Of a stretch of DNA of 64,000 nt, positions 27,252-36,852 are shown one piece after another (the first letter of the stretch is position 1; every line of letters starts with the position of its first letter). The DNA is taken from positions 19,128 through 83,127 of the forward strand of contig JBGSJJ010000016.1 of assembly GCA_041742075.1 (NCBI GenBank), in the 5' to 3' direction. The notes beneath the pieces are model-generated. The model had not been told where the DNA came from. It ran no database searches and saw only the letters and a program-made list of their open reading frames with translations. The stretch comes from Minisyncoccia bacterium. Lineage in GTDB: Bacteria; Patescibacteriota; Minisyncoccia; Phycocordibacterales; UBA918. Position numbers and translations under genes: made by a program.

Positions 27252-28928
27252 TTATGATTTGAGCGGTAAATTAAGGATAAAGGTAGACCCCTTACCGTTT
27301 CCGCTTGACTCAGCCCTCACGTCGCCACCCATCGCAAGTGCCATGGTGCGTGCAACATACAGCCCCAAACCAGTTCCCTGGGTGTTTAGTTTGTTGGCGT
27401 CTTTAGCTCGAACAAATTTTCCAAAAAGTTTGGGCATTGTTTCAGAATCAATTCCTACGCCACTGTCAATTACGTCGACGAAAATAGATTTTGTTTCAAG
27501 ATTATCGTGTAGGCGCACGAAAATCGTACCTGCGGGAGTGTATTTAATCGCATTACTCATGAGATTTAAAATAATCTGATTTGTTTTTCCGACATCGGCG
27601 TGCGTCATACCTGTTCCGTGAAGTACACATTCAAAATCACATGATAAGCCTTTTGCCTCGACTTGTGGTGTCATGTCTTTCAGAATTCTTTCGACTTCTA
27701 CCTTTAAGTCAAAGTCAGTTATGTCAAATTTCATATTTCCGGATTCGATTCGAGAAACATTCAAATAGTCCTCAATAGATGAGGCCATAATTTTACTCGC
27801 AGCGTGAATATGGTCGACTGGTTCCCGTACATGCGCAGGGACTTCACCAAACGTTCCATCGAGAATGCTTGATGCATATGTACGGATAATAGTGAGTGGA
27901 CTGCGGAGTTGGTGTGAGGCTATCGAAACAAACTCATCTTTAAGTTTATCGACGTTTTTAAGTCGTATATTGAGGAGTGCTAAGTTTTCAGCAAGCTGTT
28001 CGTTTTCTATCCTCCCTGCCACTTCATGTCGGACAGTCCTGATTTGAATATAGCCTGTTATCAGGGTAAATATAAACGTAAAAACGACGATAGTATGAAT
28101 ATTGTTTAGGTTATTTATGAATAGTAATGAAACTATAAGTATAAGTTGACCCGTCACGAGTACGTCGGTACTGATGATCTTGTTATTGAAGGTTTTAAAC
28201 CTTAGCATTTGGTAGGCCATTATTACTATAAAGATGGGCATACCAAAGAGACCCCACTGACTTAATTCCCACTCAGTGTTGAAACTTCCTAAAATACTAC
28301 CAAGGGAAAATAAGAGTAAGAACGCTACTATGCCAATACTCGATAGGATGACTTCTCGTTTGTGAGTTAGGTCTTTAATTTTTGGCGCTTTGTAAAAAGC
28401 ATACGCTGTAATCCAAAGAATGATCAGAATATCAAGGGCGTAGACATAATATTGCCAGAGTGGCCCTTCAACGGCGTTTCTGAGACAATCGGTGAAGTCA
28501 AATGCCACTAGATTAAACGGTGTATGAGCAAATAAAAAAATTGGGGTACAGAGTATAAAAATAATACCGTCTCCCCACCAGGGTGGGTTATGTTTATTGA
28601 TGAGTACATAAGTAAAATATACTGCACCGATGTGTAGTAAGACGTCGAAGTAAATCAACGTCGACCAGGCAAACATCACTATCTCAGGTACCGGTGTCGC
28701 CCAGACGACTAAGTCAAACAAGCACCATACGGTAAAGATAACTGCAATGAAGACTAACCACCAACTTGCCAGATTTCTATGGTTGTTAACCAACACGTAT
28801 ACCGTAAGTACCAAAGCAACCAGTGGTGGTAACAGATGTGAATAATATAAAAAGCCAGTTACTTGTGGTGAAATAATAAAGAAGGTGCTAGGTAGCCACT
28901 CACAGATTGAGGTGTCAATTACATTCAT
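27252..28928 (-). CDS. Sensor histidine kinase with an N-terminal multi-TM sensor domain (orphan).
   Basis: About 7 TM segments. H-box 'SHQLRSPL'. N, G1 and G2 boxes '..GTGLGLYVAR..'. Confidence 0.85.
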   Translation of the reverse strand: MNVIDTSICEWLPSTFFIISPQVTGFLYYSHLLPPLVALVLTVYVLVNNHRNLASWWLVFIAVIFTVWCLFDLVVWATPVPEIVMFAWSTLIYFDVLLHIGAVYFTYVLINKHNPPWWGDGIIFILCTPIFLFAHTPFNLVAFDFTDCLRNAVEGPLWQYYVYALDILIILWITAYAFYKAPKIKDLTHKREVILSSIGIVAFLLLFSLGSILGSFNTEWELSQWGLFGMPIFIVIMAYQMLRFKTFNNKIISTDVLVTGQLILIVSLLFINNLNNIHTIVVFTFIFTLITGYIQIRTVRHEVAGRIENEQLAENLALLNIRLKNVDKLKDEFVSIASHQLRSPLTIIRTYASSILDGTFGEVPAHVREPVDHIHAASKIMASSIEDYLNVSRIESGNMKFDITDFDLKVEVERILKDMTPQVEAKGLSCDFECVLHGTGMTHADVGKTNQIILNLMSNAIKYTPAGTIFVRLHDNLETKSIFVDVIDSGVGIDSETMPKLFGKFVRAKDANKLNTQGTGLGLYVARTMALAMGGDVRAESSGNGKGSTFILNLPLKS

Positions 28929-29090
28929 ACACTATTTTGCTGACTCACTGGTTGATGGACCAGTCGGGTTAGTAAGGACGCTAAAGTCTTTTTTTACAAC
29001 CATGACTATATAAATGCAACTTATAGAAAGCATCATCATGCAAACAAAAGCAATTTTTATGCACGTAGCGAGTGATGGATTCATATAGTC

Positions 29091-30767
29091 TTACATCACC
29101 ATCGGCAAGGTCAAAATAAAGGTTGAGCCCTTCCCTTCACCTTCTGAGTGAGCTGTTATGCTTCCGTGCATTTTTTCGGCCATCTCTTTAGAGATGTAAA
29201 GTCCTAAACCGGTACCAGTGACATTTACAGTGTGAGCGTTTTTGGCTCGCACAAATTTCCCGAAGAGTGTAGCAATAGTTTCTTTGCTCATGCCGATTCC
29301 GGTGTCAGTAATCTCTACATGGACGAGCTTTTTCTTGGGTTCATCATGCACGAGAACCGTCACACTTCCCTTCGGCGTGTACTTGATGGAGTTGGTGAGG
29401 AGGTTCTGCACAATCTGCTGTACCTTACCTTTGTCGGCATTTACCATTCCGCGCTTAGTCAGGTTGGTTTTGCTATACAGGAGGACGCCTTTTTGGGTGG
29501 CGGTGCGCCGTAAGTCATCGACAATTGTTTCAACTTCTGTGGCGACGTTGAAGTCGACACAGTTGTACTTCATGTTGCCTGACTCAATGCGAGACACACT
29601 CAAGTAGTCCTCAACAGACGAAGCCATAAACTGGCTTGAAGAAGCGATGTGTCCGATGACTTCTTTCAACTTGGGTTGGACCGGACCAAATGAACCCTCG
29701 AGAATCATGGAGGTATACCCCTTAATCACCGTCAGTGGACTCCGGAGTTGGTGAGAAGCAATTGAAACAAACTCGCTTTTAAGTGAATCAAGTTCTCGCA
29801 ATCGCTTATTGTTGTGCTCAAGCTTTTTGAGAAGTTCCTCGATCCGTTTACGACTGGCAATTTCGCTGTCGATACTACGGATTAGAATCAGTCCGCTGAG
29901 TAGGGTCAGGGTCAGGGTGAAGCTGGTAAGAATGACTCCGGTTGTTGAGGTGGCGTAGGTATACTGGGAAGCCACAAACAGCATGAGGAGAGCGACGAGG
30001 GCTTTTGGAGCCACGATAGAAATATTGAAGGCTTTAAATTCAACCATCAGGACGACGATAAAAAGCATGAAAATAAACATGCCAAACATGCCATACATTT
30101 CAAACCGTGAGTCGGCAAAGAAACCAATCAGGGTAAGGTAGGATGCTAAAAAGGTAATCGAGAAAAAGGTACCCAAGAAAAACTCAATCCCCAGACCCAT
30201 GAGTATGATTTGCTTGCGAAAAACGGCGGAGGCTCGTCTGTAGCGCATAAGGAGCATGACACCAATCCACAGCATGGCGAGACCACCAAGCATATTGTGG
30301 TAAAGATTTAGTATAAAGCCTTCAAACTCAAACGCGTCACAATTGGTAATATTGAAGCCACTGACATTTAGATCGGTCGGAGTGAGAATTAACAGTGGTA
30401 ACAGAAGTAACATGAACGCCACTTTCATAGTCGTTGGAGCATCCTTTTGGTAAAGGAACACATACATAAAGTAAATGCACAGGATAGACAGAACTGCCGA
30501 CAGTATTCCAAACAAGGTCCATACAAATAAAATTAATCCGCTGTTTACGTTTGTCCACGCAATCAGGTTTGAAAATGTCCACAGTGAGAATGTAATAGCA
30601 ATCAGGAAGAGCAATCGATTGGTTACTTTTTTAGGGTTATGTTGGTACACAAAAAACCCAACCGCGAGTGCTAAGATACTGACCGGTATGTGTGAATAGT
30701 AAAGTAGTTCCGGAACACTGTCGGTAAAAATAAAATATGATGGCTCTGGGTAGTAATGGCAAATCAT
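29091..30767 (-). CDS. Sensor histidine kinase, paralog of 27252..28928.
   Basis: Same architecture. 'SHQLRSPLTVIKGY', 'GTGLGLYISK'. Confidence 0.85.
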   Translation of the reverse strand: MICHYYPEPSYFIFTDSVPELLYYSHIPVSILALAVGFFVYQHNPKKVTNRLLFLIAITFSLWTFSNLIAWTNVNSGLILFVWTLFGILSAVLSILCIYFMYVFLYQKDAPTTMKVAFMLLLLPLLILTPTDLNVSGFNITNCDAFEFEGFILNLYHNMLGGLAMLWIGVMLLMRYRRASAVFRKQIILMGLGIEFFLGTFFSITFLASYLTLIGFFADSRFEMYGMFGMFIFMLFIVVLMVEFKAFNISIVAPKALVALLMLFVASQYTYATSTTGVILTSFTLTLTLLSGLILIRSIDSEIASRKRIEELLKKLEHNNKRLRELDSLKSEFVSIASHQLRSPLTVIKGYTSMILEGSFGPVQPKLKEVIGHIASSSQFMASSVEDYLSVSRIESGNMKYNCVDFNVATEVETIVDDLRRTATQKGVLLYSKTNLTKRGMVNADKGKVQQIVQNLLTNSIKYTPKGSVTVLVHDEPKKKLVHVEITDTGIGMSKETIATLFGKFVRAKNAHTVNVTGTGLGLYISKEMAEKMHGSITAHSEGEGKGSTFILTLPMVM

Positions 30768-31168
30768 AGATTTTCTGATAACGCCTCGTACTCCCCTTCT
30801 GGTGCTTCGTATGGAATGTCGCGTTCTGTCAAAACCTCACAGCCGATGTCAGTGTCTGGGTCACAAAACGTTACTGAGCACCTGTTTTCACCGACGCCAC
30901 AAAAATTTGCTTCATCGCAACCTTCGATAGTGTCGCCACAGAGTTCTGACACGGCGGTGGCGCGACGCTCTACGTAAGAATAATAATACTCTTCAGCACA
31001 GGTTTCGTCTTCGCACCCAACAAAGCAGGTCTGGGTGTAGGGGTCGCATTCACCCTCATACGCAACAGCATAATCTTCAATTATCACAAAGCGGTAGTAC
31101 GACGTGGCAATAGTAAGCAACAGTAGTGGTACTACCGTGTAGGAGAGAAAATAGTTTTGAAAGTGCAT
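30764..31168 (-). CDS. Small Cys-rich membrane-anchored protein (134 aa), translationally coupled to the histidine-kinase gene.
   Basis: N-terminal TM segment. About 12 Cys residues. Stop overlaps the HK start by 4 nt. Confidence 0.45.
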   Translation of the reverse strand: MHFQNYFLSYTVVPLLLLTIATSYYRFVIIEDYAVAYEGECDPYTQTCFVGCEDETCAEEYYYSYVERRATAVSELCGDTIEGCDEANFCGVGENRCSVTFCDPDTDIGCEVLTERDIPYEAPEGEYEALSENL

Positions 31169-31251
31169 AGTTGAACGAAATTGCTACAACAGGCTTCTTA
31201 CCTTGAGTATAGCAAATGACCGTCTACACTTTGTATACACAAGTGTATAAT

Positions 31252-32169
31252 CTACGACATCAATAAGAGGTAGGTACCAATTCCAGTGATAATAATGGCA
31301 ATAACCTTTTGCCAGAGATTGTAGGCCTCGATTTTTTCAACTGAAATTTTTGGTAAGAACAACGTAAGAAAAATTCCTATGGCTAGTACGAAAATCGGCT
31401 GAAACGATTGAGTTAAAAGAATGAGCGCTATTGGCGCGAGGAGATACGCAAAGGCGGCGGCTTGGTTACCAAACATGTATATCCCTTCGTTCCCGACATT
31501 TAACAGGAGTATCTTTCTAGAGTTATGCTTGAGGGCTGAGACAAAATGTTCACGATAGCTTTTGATGGAAATAAAGATAAGTATACCAACTACTGCCATC
31601 ACTAAGTGCTCCCAAAATAGCGAGCGCCAGACGTTCTCCTCAAGCGCCACAAACTTGAAGATGACCGACTCAAACGCCCAGAAAAAAGAAGCGGTGGTCA
31701 TGAGAACAATGGTTTTTTTACGCAATTTAAAGTGGTTCTCATTATCGACTTCAAAAGAAATAATAGTGGTACCAAGAATAATAATGGCCATGGCAATGAG
31801 TTGCATCTTCGTGAGTACCTCATCAAGGAGAAAATAGCCCAAAACCAGTGCAAACAACGGAACGAGTTGGTAGAACACAATAACGATTGAAGCCTCGTCG
31901 TCTTGGAGCGCTACAAGGTAGCACCACAGAACAACTATATTTAAAACGCCAACGAGAAGCAGGATGAGCATGTTTTTCCAGTCGACCGCTAATACCGAAA
32001 TGTCTATCCAGAGTAAAACTGGTAGGGCCATAATTGATAACAGTGAAGAAAAAAGAATCAACGTCCCTACCCCACCTTCTTTGAAGTGTTTCTCAAGCAG
32101 GATTTTGTCTATATGGTTTGTTACCGCATAGAGAAATGGAGCAATTAGGGCGATAAGGAACCAACTCAT
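31252..32169 (-). CDS. EamA/DMT-family transporter (10 TM).
   Basis: Ten hydrophobic segments with two EamA-like halves. Confidence 0.7.
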   Translation of the reverse strand: MSWFLIALIAPFLYAVTNHIDKILLEKHFKEGGVGTLILFSSLLSIMALPVLLWIDISVLAVDWKNMLILLLVGVLNIVVLWCYLVALQDDEASIVIVFYQLVPLFALVLGYFLLDEVLTKMQLIAMAIIILGTTIISFEVDNENHFKLRKKTIVLMTTASFFWAFESVIFKFVALEENVWRSLFWEHLVMAVVGILIFISIKSYREHFVSALKHNSRKILLLNVGNEGIYMFGNQAAAFAYLLAPIALILLTQSFQPIFVLAIGIFLTLFLPKISVEKIEAYNLWQKVIAIIITGIGTYLLLMS

Positions 32170-33074
32170 ATAGATTTAAGTGAATACATTTTAAGAAAAC
32201 CTGATGGACGATACGCTAGTTTTGATTTTCGGAGATTGGCGATACCTAGGTCTTCTGCCCAGTTCCAGTACGCTACTCCGATGCTTCCAAGATGTTTGGC
32301 AGTAGCAGTGTTGAGGTAGTCATACACCCCCTTATAATCATAGTCCACAATAAAGAAGTGTGAAAGGGCGTGGTGGCTGTGAATCACTTCGTCCACACTG
32401 TAGCCGATGAGCTTTTCATCTTGGTAAAGACAAGAAAGTATAAATGGTTGCGTATCAGCGAGGGCAAGCAGTCTCTTAAAGGCACTTTCTTCATAGGCAA
32501 AGTAATATGACTTTTCACTCAGAGTCTTATTGGAGCGGTTATTGTGCATGAGCGAAATAAGCTGAGTTTGCATTTTTGGATCACGAATATCTTCCAAAAC
32601 AAAAGTAGCCAATGGAAATTGACGTTTAAATTGATTAACCAAGTGACGCCGACTTTTGTAGGTATTGCCCCGTAACTGCGCGATATCAGAAATTGAATAG
32701 ATATAGTCAAAATCATCAGGGTCTTCAGTGATATGTAGTTTGTCACTTGTGAGGTTAACAACCGACTCTTCAGGGAGAAAGTTGAAGAGAGATTTGTAGG
32801 TTTTTTCTTCCGCGTACGAAAGAAGTTCTAGGGCGGTATTTTCGACATTATTGGTACCTAAAAACGAGAGGAAATACTCCTTGGTCGCGTATTCATAAAA
32901 AAGCACAACTAGGTTACCGTGGAGTGATGATATCTGACAGCGATCTTCGATGTCCCAAATCCATAGATTCGAGAAAACAAAATCAGAATATGGCTTATAT
33001 GACTTCGTGAATGAGTCGATATGAGGCTTATCGTCAGCAGAAAGGTGCCTAAAGTTAGGAAACGTGGGAATCAT
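32166..33074 (-). CDS. DUF2156-like protein (similar to the C-terminal synthase domain of aminoacyl-phosphatidylglycerol synthase MprF; tentative).
   Basis: 'YSDFVFSNLWIWD' resembles the N-terminal motif of the DUF2156/LPG_synthase_C family. Overlaps the EamA gene by 4 nt. Confidence 0.35.
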   Translation of the reverse strand: MIPTFPNFRHLSADDKPHIDSFTKSYKPYSDFVFSNLWIWDIEDRCQISSLHGNLVVLFYEYATKEYFLSFLGTNNVENTALELLSYAEEKTYKSLFNFLPEESVVNLTSDKLHITEDPDDFDYIYSISDIAQLRGNTYKSRRHLVNQFKRQFPLATFVLEDIRDPKMQTQLISLMHNNRSNKTLSEKSYYFAYEESAFKRLLALADTQPFILSCLYQDEKLIGYSVDEVIHSHHALSHFFIVDYDYKGVYDYLNTATAKHLGSIGVAYWNWAEDLGIANLRKSKLAYRPSGFLKMYSLKSI

Positions 33075-33164
33075 GGTGATGGCTCTATTTTACTACAATA
33101 ACACAAAATGCAACTATAGTCAATACTTAGGGAGGCAGGTTATGTCAGACATGAAATTCCGTAC

Positions 33165-33650
33165 TCATACAATGAAGAGTACGAAGAGTGGTGCAAGGAG
33201 CCACCAAAAGAATGATTTTTCAGAACCAAATAAGTATGAGACTGGTGAACCAGGAGTGATAAGGTCAGTCACGGGGATAGCGTGGTAGCTAAAGGAGGTA
33301 ACAAGTACTGTAGCAGCCAGCGCCAGCACTATTTTCTTCCAAAAACCCTCAAAGGTTTTTTCGCTGTATTCTCTCGGCAGTATGTGTACAAACAAAAGTG
33401 TCGATATAACCGCAAATAGCAAAAAGATACCAACAATAAGGAGTGATTCAGCTTTCACCCCATCAGTTTTAGCGAGGAGTGATTCGTAGTATGGAAACTG
33501 GAGTGAAATTAAAAATGCTAAGTAGAGGCCAAGGATGACGTTCGTGATAGTTTGTCTACCGAAGCTCATGGCCACTCCTAAGAATACAACGAACGACACA
33601 ATCAGAAAGAGTGATTCTTTAAGAAAAGCTATGAGTACAGCTGTGTCCAT
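33165..33650 (-). CDS. Membrane protein (4 TM), hypothetical.
   Basis: Hydrophobicity pattern only. Confidence 0.4.
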   Translation of the reverse strand: MDTAVLIAFLKESLFLIVSFVVFLGVAMSFGRQTITNVILGLYLAFLISLQFPYYESLLAKTDGVKAESLLIVGIFLLFAVISTLLFVHILPREYSEKTFEGFWKKIVLALAATVLVTSFSYHAIPVTDLITPGSPVSYLFGSEKSFFWWLLAPLFVLFIV

Positions 33651-33732
33651 AGTGTCTCTTAAGTATACCCTGCTTTCTTGAGTGAATATATCTTTGAATT
33701 GAACTGTGTGTACAGCTACTTACACAAAGTAA

Positions 33733-33775
33733 CGTACACATCTACCTATCATTAATGATAAGTAGACGTGTACGC
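33733..33775. promoter_or_regulatory. Near-perfect palindrome of about 22 bp per arm; candidate operator.
   Basis: ACGTACACATCTACCTATCATTA|ATGATAAGTAGACGTGTACG. Located upstream of the 33650 gene start and downstream of the yigZ stop. Confidence 0.3.
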
Positions 33776-33816
33776 ACGATAGTCACTGACGTTGTCTGTT
33801 TGTATTCTGGTTGTCT

Positions 33817-34233
33817 TTACTCTATGTGTTCGATTGCATATTTCGTAGCGTCTTGTACGTGTTTGAAACGATCACCCATGAGTTTGACGTTGCCGAACCA
33901 GCGGGTTACGCAAATAACGCAGTTCGTAACGTTTTCTTTCTGCATAACTCGGAGTATAACCGCACCAGCTCCGGTTTCACCGTCGTCACTTTTACTTTCA
34001 TAGATGACACTGTCTTTGGTGATACGAGCTGCCCAGGTGTTGTGTGTAGCTTTGGCATACTTTTTGTCACGCTTGAGCTCTTTCAGAAATGCCAGGATGT
34101 CTTCCCTGCCGAGTGCCCGCCCAAAGGAAACTGAATACTTACTCCCCCTATCTTCAATGATACGCTCAAAAAGAACGAATGTTTCGTGTGGTTCTTTACT
34201 ATCGCCAAAGTCTAGAGGTTGAGTTTTGAGCAT
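33817..34233 (-). CDS. yigZ: IMPACT/YigZ family protein, N-terminal UPF0029 domain only.
   Basis: 'HNTWAARI', 'SDDGETGAGAVILRVM' and 'VTNCVICVTRWFGNVKLMG' match YigZ/IMPACT motifs. Confidence 0.75.
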   Translation of the reverse strand: MLKTQPLDFGDSKEPHETFVLFERIIEDRGSKYSVSFGRALGREDILAFLKELKRDKKYAKATHNTWAARITKDSVIYESKSDDGETGAGAVILRVMQKENVTNCVICVTRWFGNVKLMGDRFKHVQDATKYAIEHIE

Positions 34234-34298
34234 AGGTAACTTTATTATAATCTACGTGGTAGAATGTAGTCAGAAAATCATGTCAGAGAGGTGTCGCT

Positions 34299-34676
34299 AT
34301 GAAAGTAGAGCACATGTCTACCAGGCTACTTCTGATAATCTGCATAGTGGTTTTACCCCTTTCAAGTTATGGCAAAAGCTTAGTAGCAAGAGATCTCTTC
34401 GGCGTCTGGGTGTCAGATGATAAGTCAGTTACCATCAATATTTTTGAACCGAGAGGTGCCGCCGAACAAATAAATGCAGGCGAACTTTGGGAGATATCTC
34501 TCTCCATTTCAGGAGAAGAAATTAAACGTATGGCTCGATTCTCAGTCCATCTTGGGTACGTTTGCATCAATTATCTGGATAATCAGTTCATCTCACAGTC
34601 CTGGTGCACCTTTGATGGCATTCTATTGCAGTCTGATCTCTATATAGACGGAGTGTATAAGCAAGAAGACTTGTAG
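34299..34676 (+). CDS. Secreted hypothetical protein (125 aa).
   Basis: GAGGTG SD. Signal peptide 'LLLIICIVVLPLSSYG'. Confidence 0.45.
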   Translation: MKVEHMSTRLLLIICIVVLPLSSYGKSLVARDLFGVWVSDDKSVTINIFEPRGAAEQINAGELWEISLSISGEEIKRMARFSVHLGYVCINYLDNQFISQSWCTFDGILLQSDLYIDGVYKQEDL

Positions 34677-34720
34677 CTCGCTCATTTTGTAACTCCCCGG
34701 TTTTTACCGGGGAGATTTAC

Positions 34721-34745
34721 TTGGTCAAGGCCGGACCTTGACCAG
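34721..34745. repeat. REP-like palindromic hairpin element TTGGTCAAGGCCGGACCTTGACCAG.
   Basis: 9-bp stem TGGTCAAGG/CCTTGACCA with a CCGGA loop. Exact copy at 35161-35185; partial copies at 17568 and 17607. Confidence 0.7.
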
Positions 34746-34875
34746 TTCAGAAAGTAGCATTATTTCCGTTGTAATAAACCTATTATCCTCCGTCTGCTTT
34801 CCAGCCTAGAGGATTTTATTGACAAATATAGTAATTTATGTTAAAAAGTAAGTCTGTTCAACAGAGGAGAAAGAA

Positions 34876-35092
34876 CATGCTTTTTATAATTGGTTTCTTG
34901 GTAGTGTGTGGAGTTGTCGTGTTTGGTGCAGGCAACGCTGTCAGTTTGTCTGACAGTATCTCACTACACGGACTCATGGCAATGGCTATCCTTTTTGGAA
35001 TTCTCGACGCCGCCCGCGGCGTCGCCAGGGAAATCAGGCAGTCGCGAGACGCCATCGTGAAGGCAATCGAAGATCAGCGAGGCGGCGAATAG
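34876..35092 (+). CDS. Small membrane protein (72 aa).
   Basis: GAGGAG lies 8 nt upstream of the ATG. One or two TM segments, then a charged tail 'IVKAIEDQRGGE'. Confidence 0.45.
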
Positions 35093-35101
35093 AGCCACAA
35101 T

Positions 35102-35145
35102 GGCCCGAAGCGGATTAATTTCTGCTTCGGGCCAAAATTTTGTCG
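35102..35145 (+). terminator. Putative intrinsic terminator.
   Basis: GGCCCGAAGC...GCTTCGGGCC (10-bp stem) followed by AAAATTTTG. Confidence 0.4.
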
Positions 35146-35160
35146 CTAAAGGTTAAGTGC

Positions 35161-35185
35161 TTGGTCAAGGCCGGACCTTGACCAG
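35161..35185. repeat. REP-like palindromic hairpin element (copy).
   Basis: Identical to the 25-mer at 34721-34745. Confidence 0.7.
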
Positions 35186-35307
35186 TTTTAAATGCCCTCC
35201 TTTTTCAAATCCTCAATCAGTTGCCGGGCTTTGCGAGACAGTTTCCATAGTTGACAAAATCAGATTTATGTGTAAAATTCAACCAGAAAGTAGAGGAGAC
35301 GCCTGAA

Positions 35308-35514
35308 ATGCATCACTATGCAATAAGTATAGGTTTTATCTTGTCAATGATATATGGAGTATTTGGATTTGAAGTACCTTACGAACTAGCTTTTCTAGGG
35401 GTGTTTATGATTCTTAGCACTCTAGCGATTGTAGTAGCGATTATGGGCGCATCGTATTTGATAGTGAGAGCGCTAGAAGATGCAAAAAAAGCTAACGAAG
35501 CGGAGAGTCCTTGA
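35308..35514 (+). CDS. Small membrane protein (68 aa), similar in architecture to 34876..35092.
   Basis: GAGGAG lies 9 nt upstream of the ATG. Two TM segments, then 'IVRALEDAKKANEAESP'. Confidence 0.45.
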   Translation: MHHYAISIGFILSMIYGVFGFEVPYELAFLGVFMILSTLAIVVAIMGASYLIVRALEDAKKANEAESP

Positions 35515-35698
35515 CGAGTATTTAGGAAACCCTTGAACCTTGATTACGGCGATTGTTGAAATGACTGTAGACGATGAACCCCTTCGAACATGTATTCGAA
35601 GGGGTTCAATTATTTTTAAGGGTAAGGTTACGGAGTACAAAGGCTCCTCACATCGCTCCGTCTGATTTAGCTAAAAATGTAGACACATTTTTTAAACG

Positions 35699-36781
35699 CT
35701 AAATGCCTTCTTTTTTCAAGTCTTCGATAAGCTGACGGGCTTTGCGAGAAAGTTTTTGTGGGATGTCGATAATTACTTTCACCATGAAGTCGCCTCGTTG
35801 ACCGCCAGTGCCTTGCGGGACCCCTTTGTTTTTAATGCGGAGTAATTCGCCATGCTTGATACCAGCCGGGATTTTTATGTCGACGGTGCCGTCTAGGGTC
35901 GTTATGGTGTAGTCGTTACCTAAAAGTGCATCAGACAACTTGATGTGGAGGGTCGTCATGAGGGTCGAGCCTTCACGGGTGATAGTGCTGTGGTTCTTGA
36001 CGTGGATTTTTATATAGAGATCGCCGGGTGCTCCGTGCGCCACCGCTTCACCTCGGCCAGTCATCCGAATCATTTCGCCGTTTTGGATACCGCCTGGCAC
36101 TGCCACTGCAATCTCCTCTTCACTCTTTCGTACCCCTACGCCGGCACAGTAGCCGCAGCGTTCTTTTGGTACCTTACCAGAGCCATTGCAGACCGTACAC
36201 TCACGCACGGTTTGGAAGGTGCCCATAATACTCTGACGAGTCTCACGAACCTTCCCGTTGCCGTTGCAGGTCGTACACGAAGTCATCTCAGTTCCCTTCT
36301 TAGCACCAGTGCCGGTACATTCAACACACGTGTTCATTTTACTTAAGAGCACTTTGCGGTTGGTCCCAAAGACAGATTCTTCAAAGGAAAGTTCGATGTC
36401 GATAGAGATATCTCTTCCCCTCGCCTGACGCCTTTGTCCGCCTCCAAACATGTCGCCAAAAATGTCGCCCAGGTCAAACTCAAACCCGCCTTGTTGCCCA
36501 GCAGCCTGCTGGAAGTCTGCCCAGTTAAAACCACCGAAGCCTTGTCCGCCTCCGCCACCACCTGCACCAGAATAGGCATGACCATAGGTGTCGTACTCAG
36601 CCTTTTTCTTTTCGTCTCCAAGTACTGAGTAGGCCTCACTGATTTCTTTAAACTTAGCTTCGTCACCCGTCTTTTTGTCTGGGTGATACTCTGCCGCTAG
36701 TTTACGAAACGCCTTCTTTACTTCGTCACGCGAAGCACCTTTCTGGAGTCCTAGTATTTCGTAGTAGTCTCGGTTTGGCAT
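35699..36781 (-). CDS. dnaJ: Chaperone DnaJ.
   Basis: J-domain 'DYYEILGL...HPDK'. Gly-rich linker. Four CxxCxGxG zinc-finger repeats. Confidence 0.95.
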   Translation of the reverse strand: MPNRDYYEILGLQKGASRDEVKKAFRKLAAEYHPDKKTGDEAKFKEISEAYSVLGDEKKKAEYDTYGHAYSGAGGGGGGQGFGGFNWADFQQAAGQQGGFEFDLGDIFGDMFGGGQRRQARGRDISIDIELSFEESVFGTNRKVLLSKMNTCVECTGTGAKKGTEMTSCTTCNGNGKVRETRQSIMGTFQTVRECTVCNGSGKVPKERCGYCAGVGVRKSEEEIAVAVPGGIQNGEMIRMTGRGEAVAHGAPGDLYIKIHVKNHSTITREGSTLMTTLHIKLSDALLGNDYTITTLDGTVDIKIPAGIKHGELLRIKNKGVPQGTGGQRGDFMVKVIIDIPQKLSRKARQLIEDLKKEGI

Positions 36782-36852
36782 AGGTAGTGGTTAGGTTGCT
36801 AATAGTCTTTAGTCCGTGCACAAAGTATACATATATGCACGGAAAAAGCACA

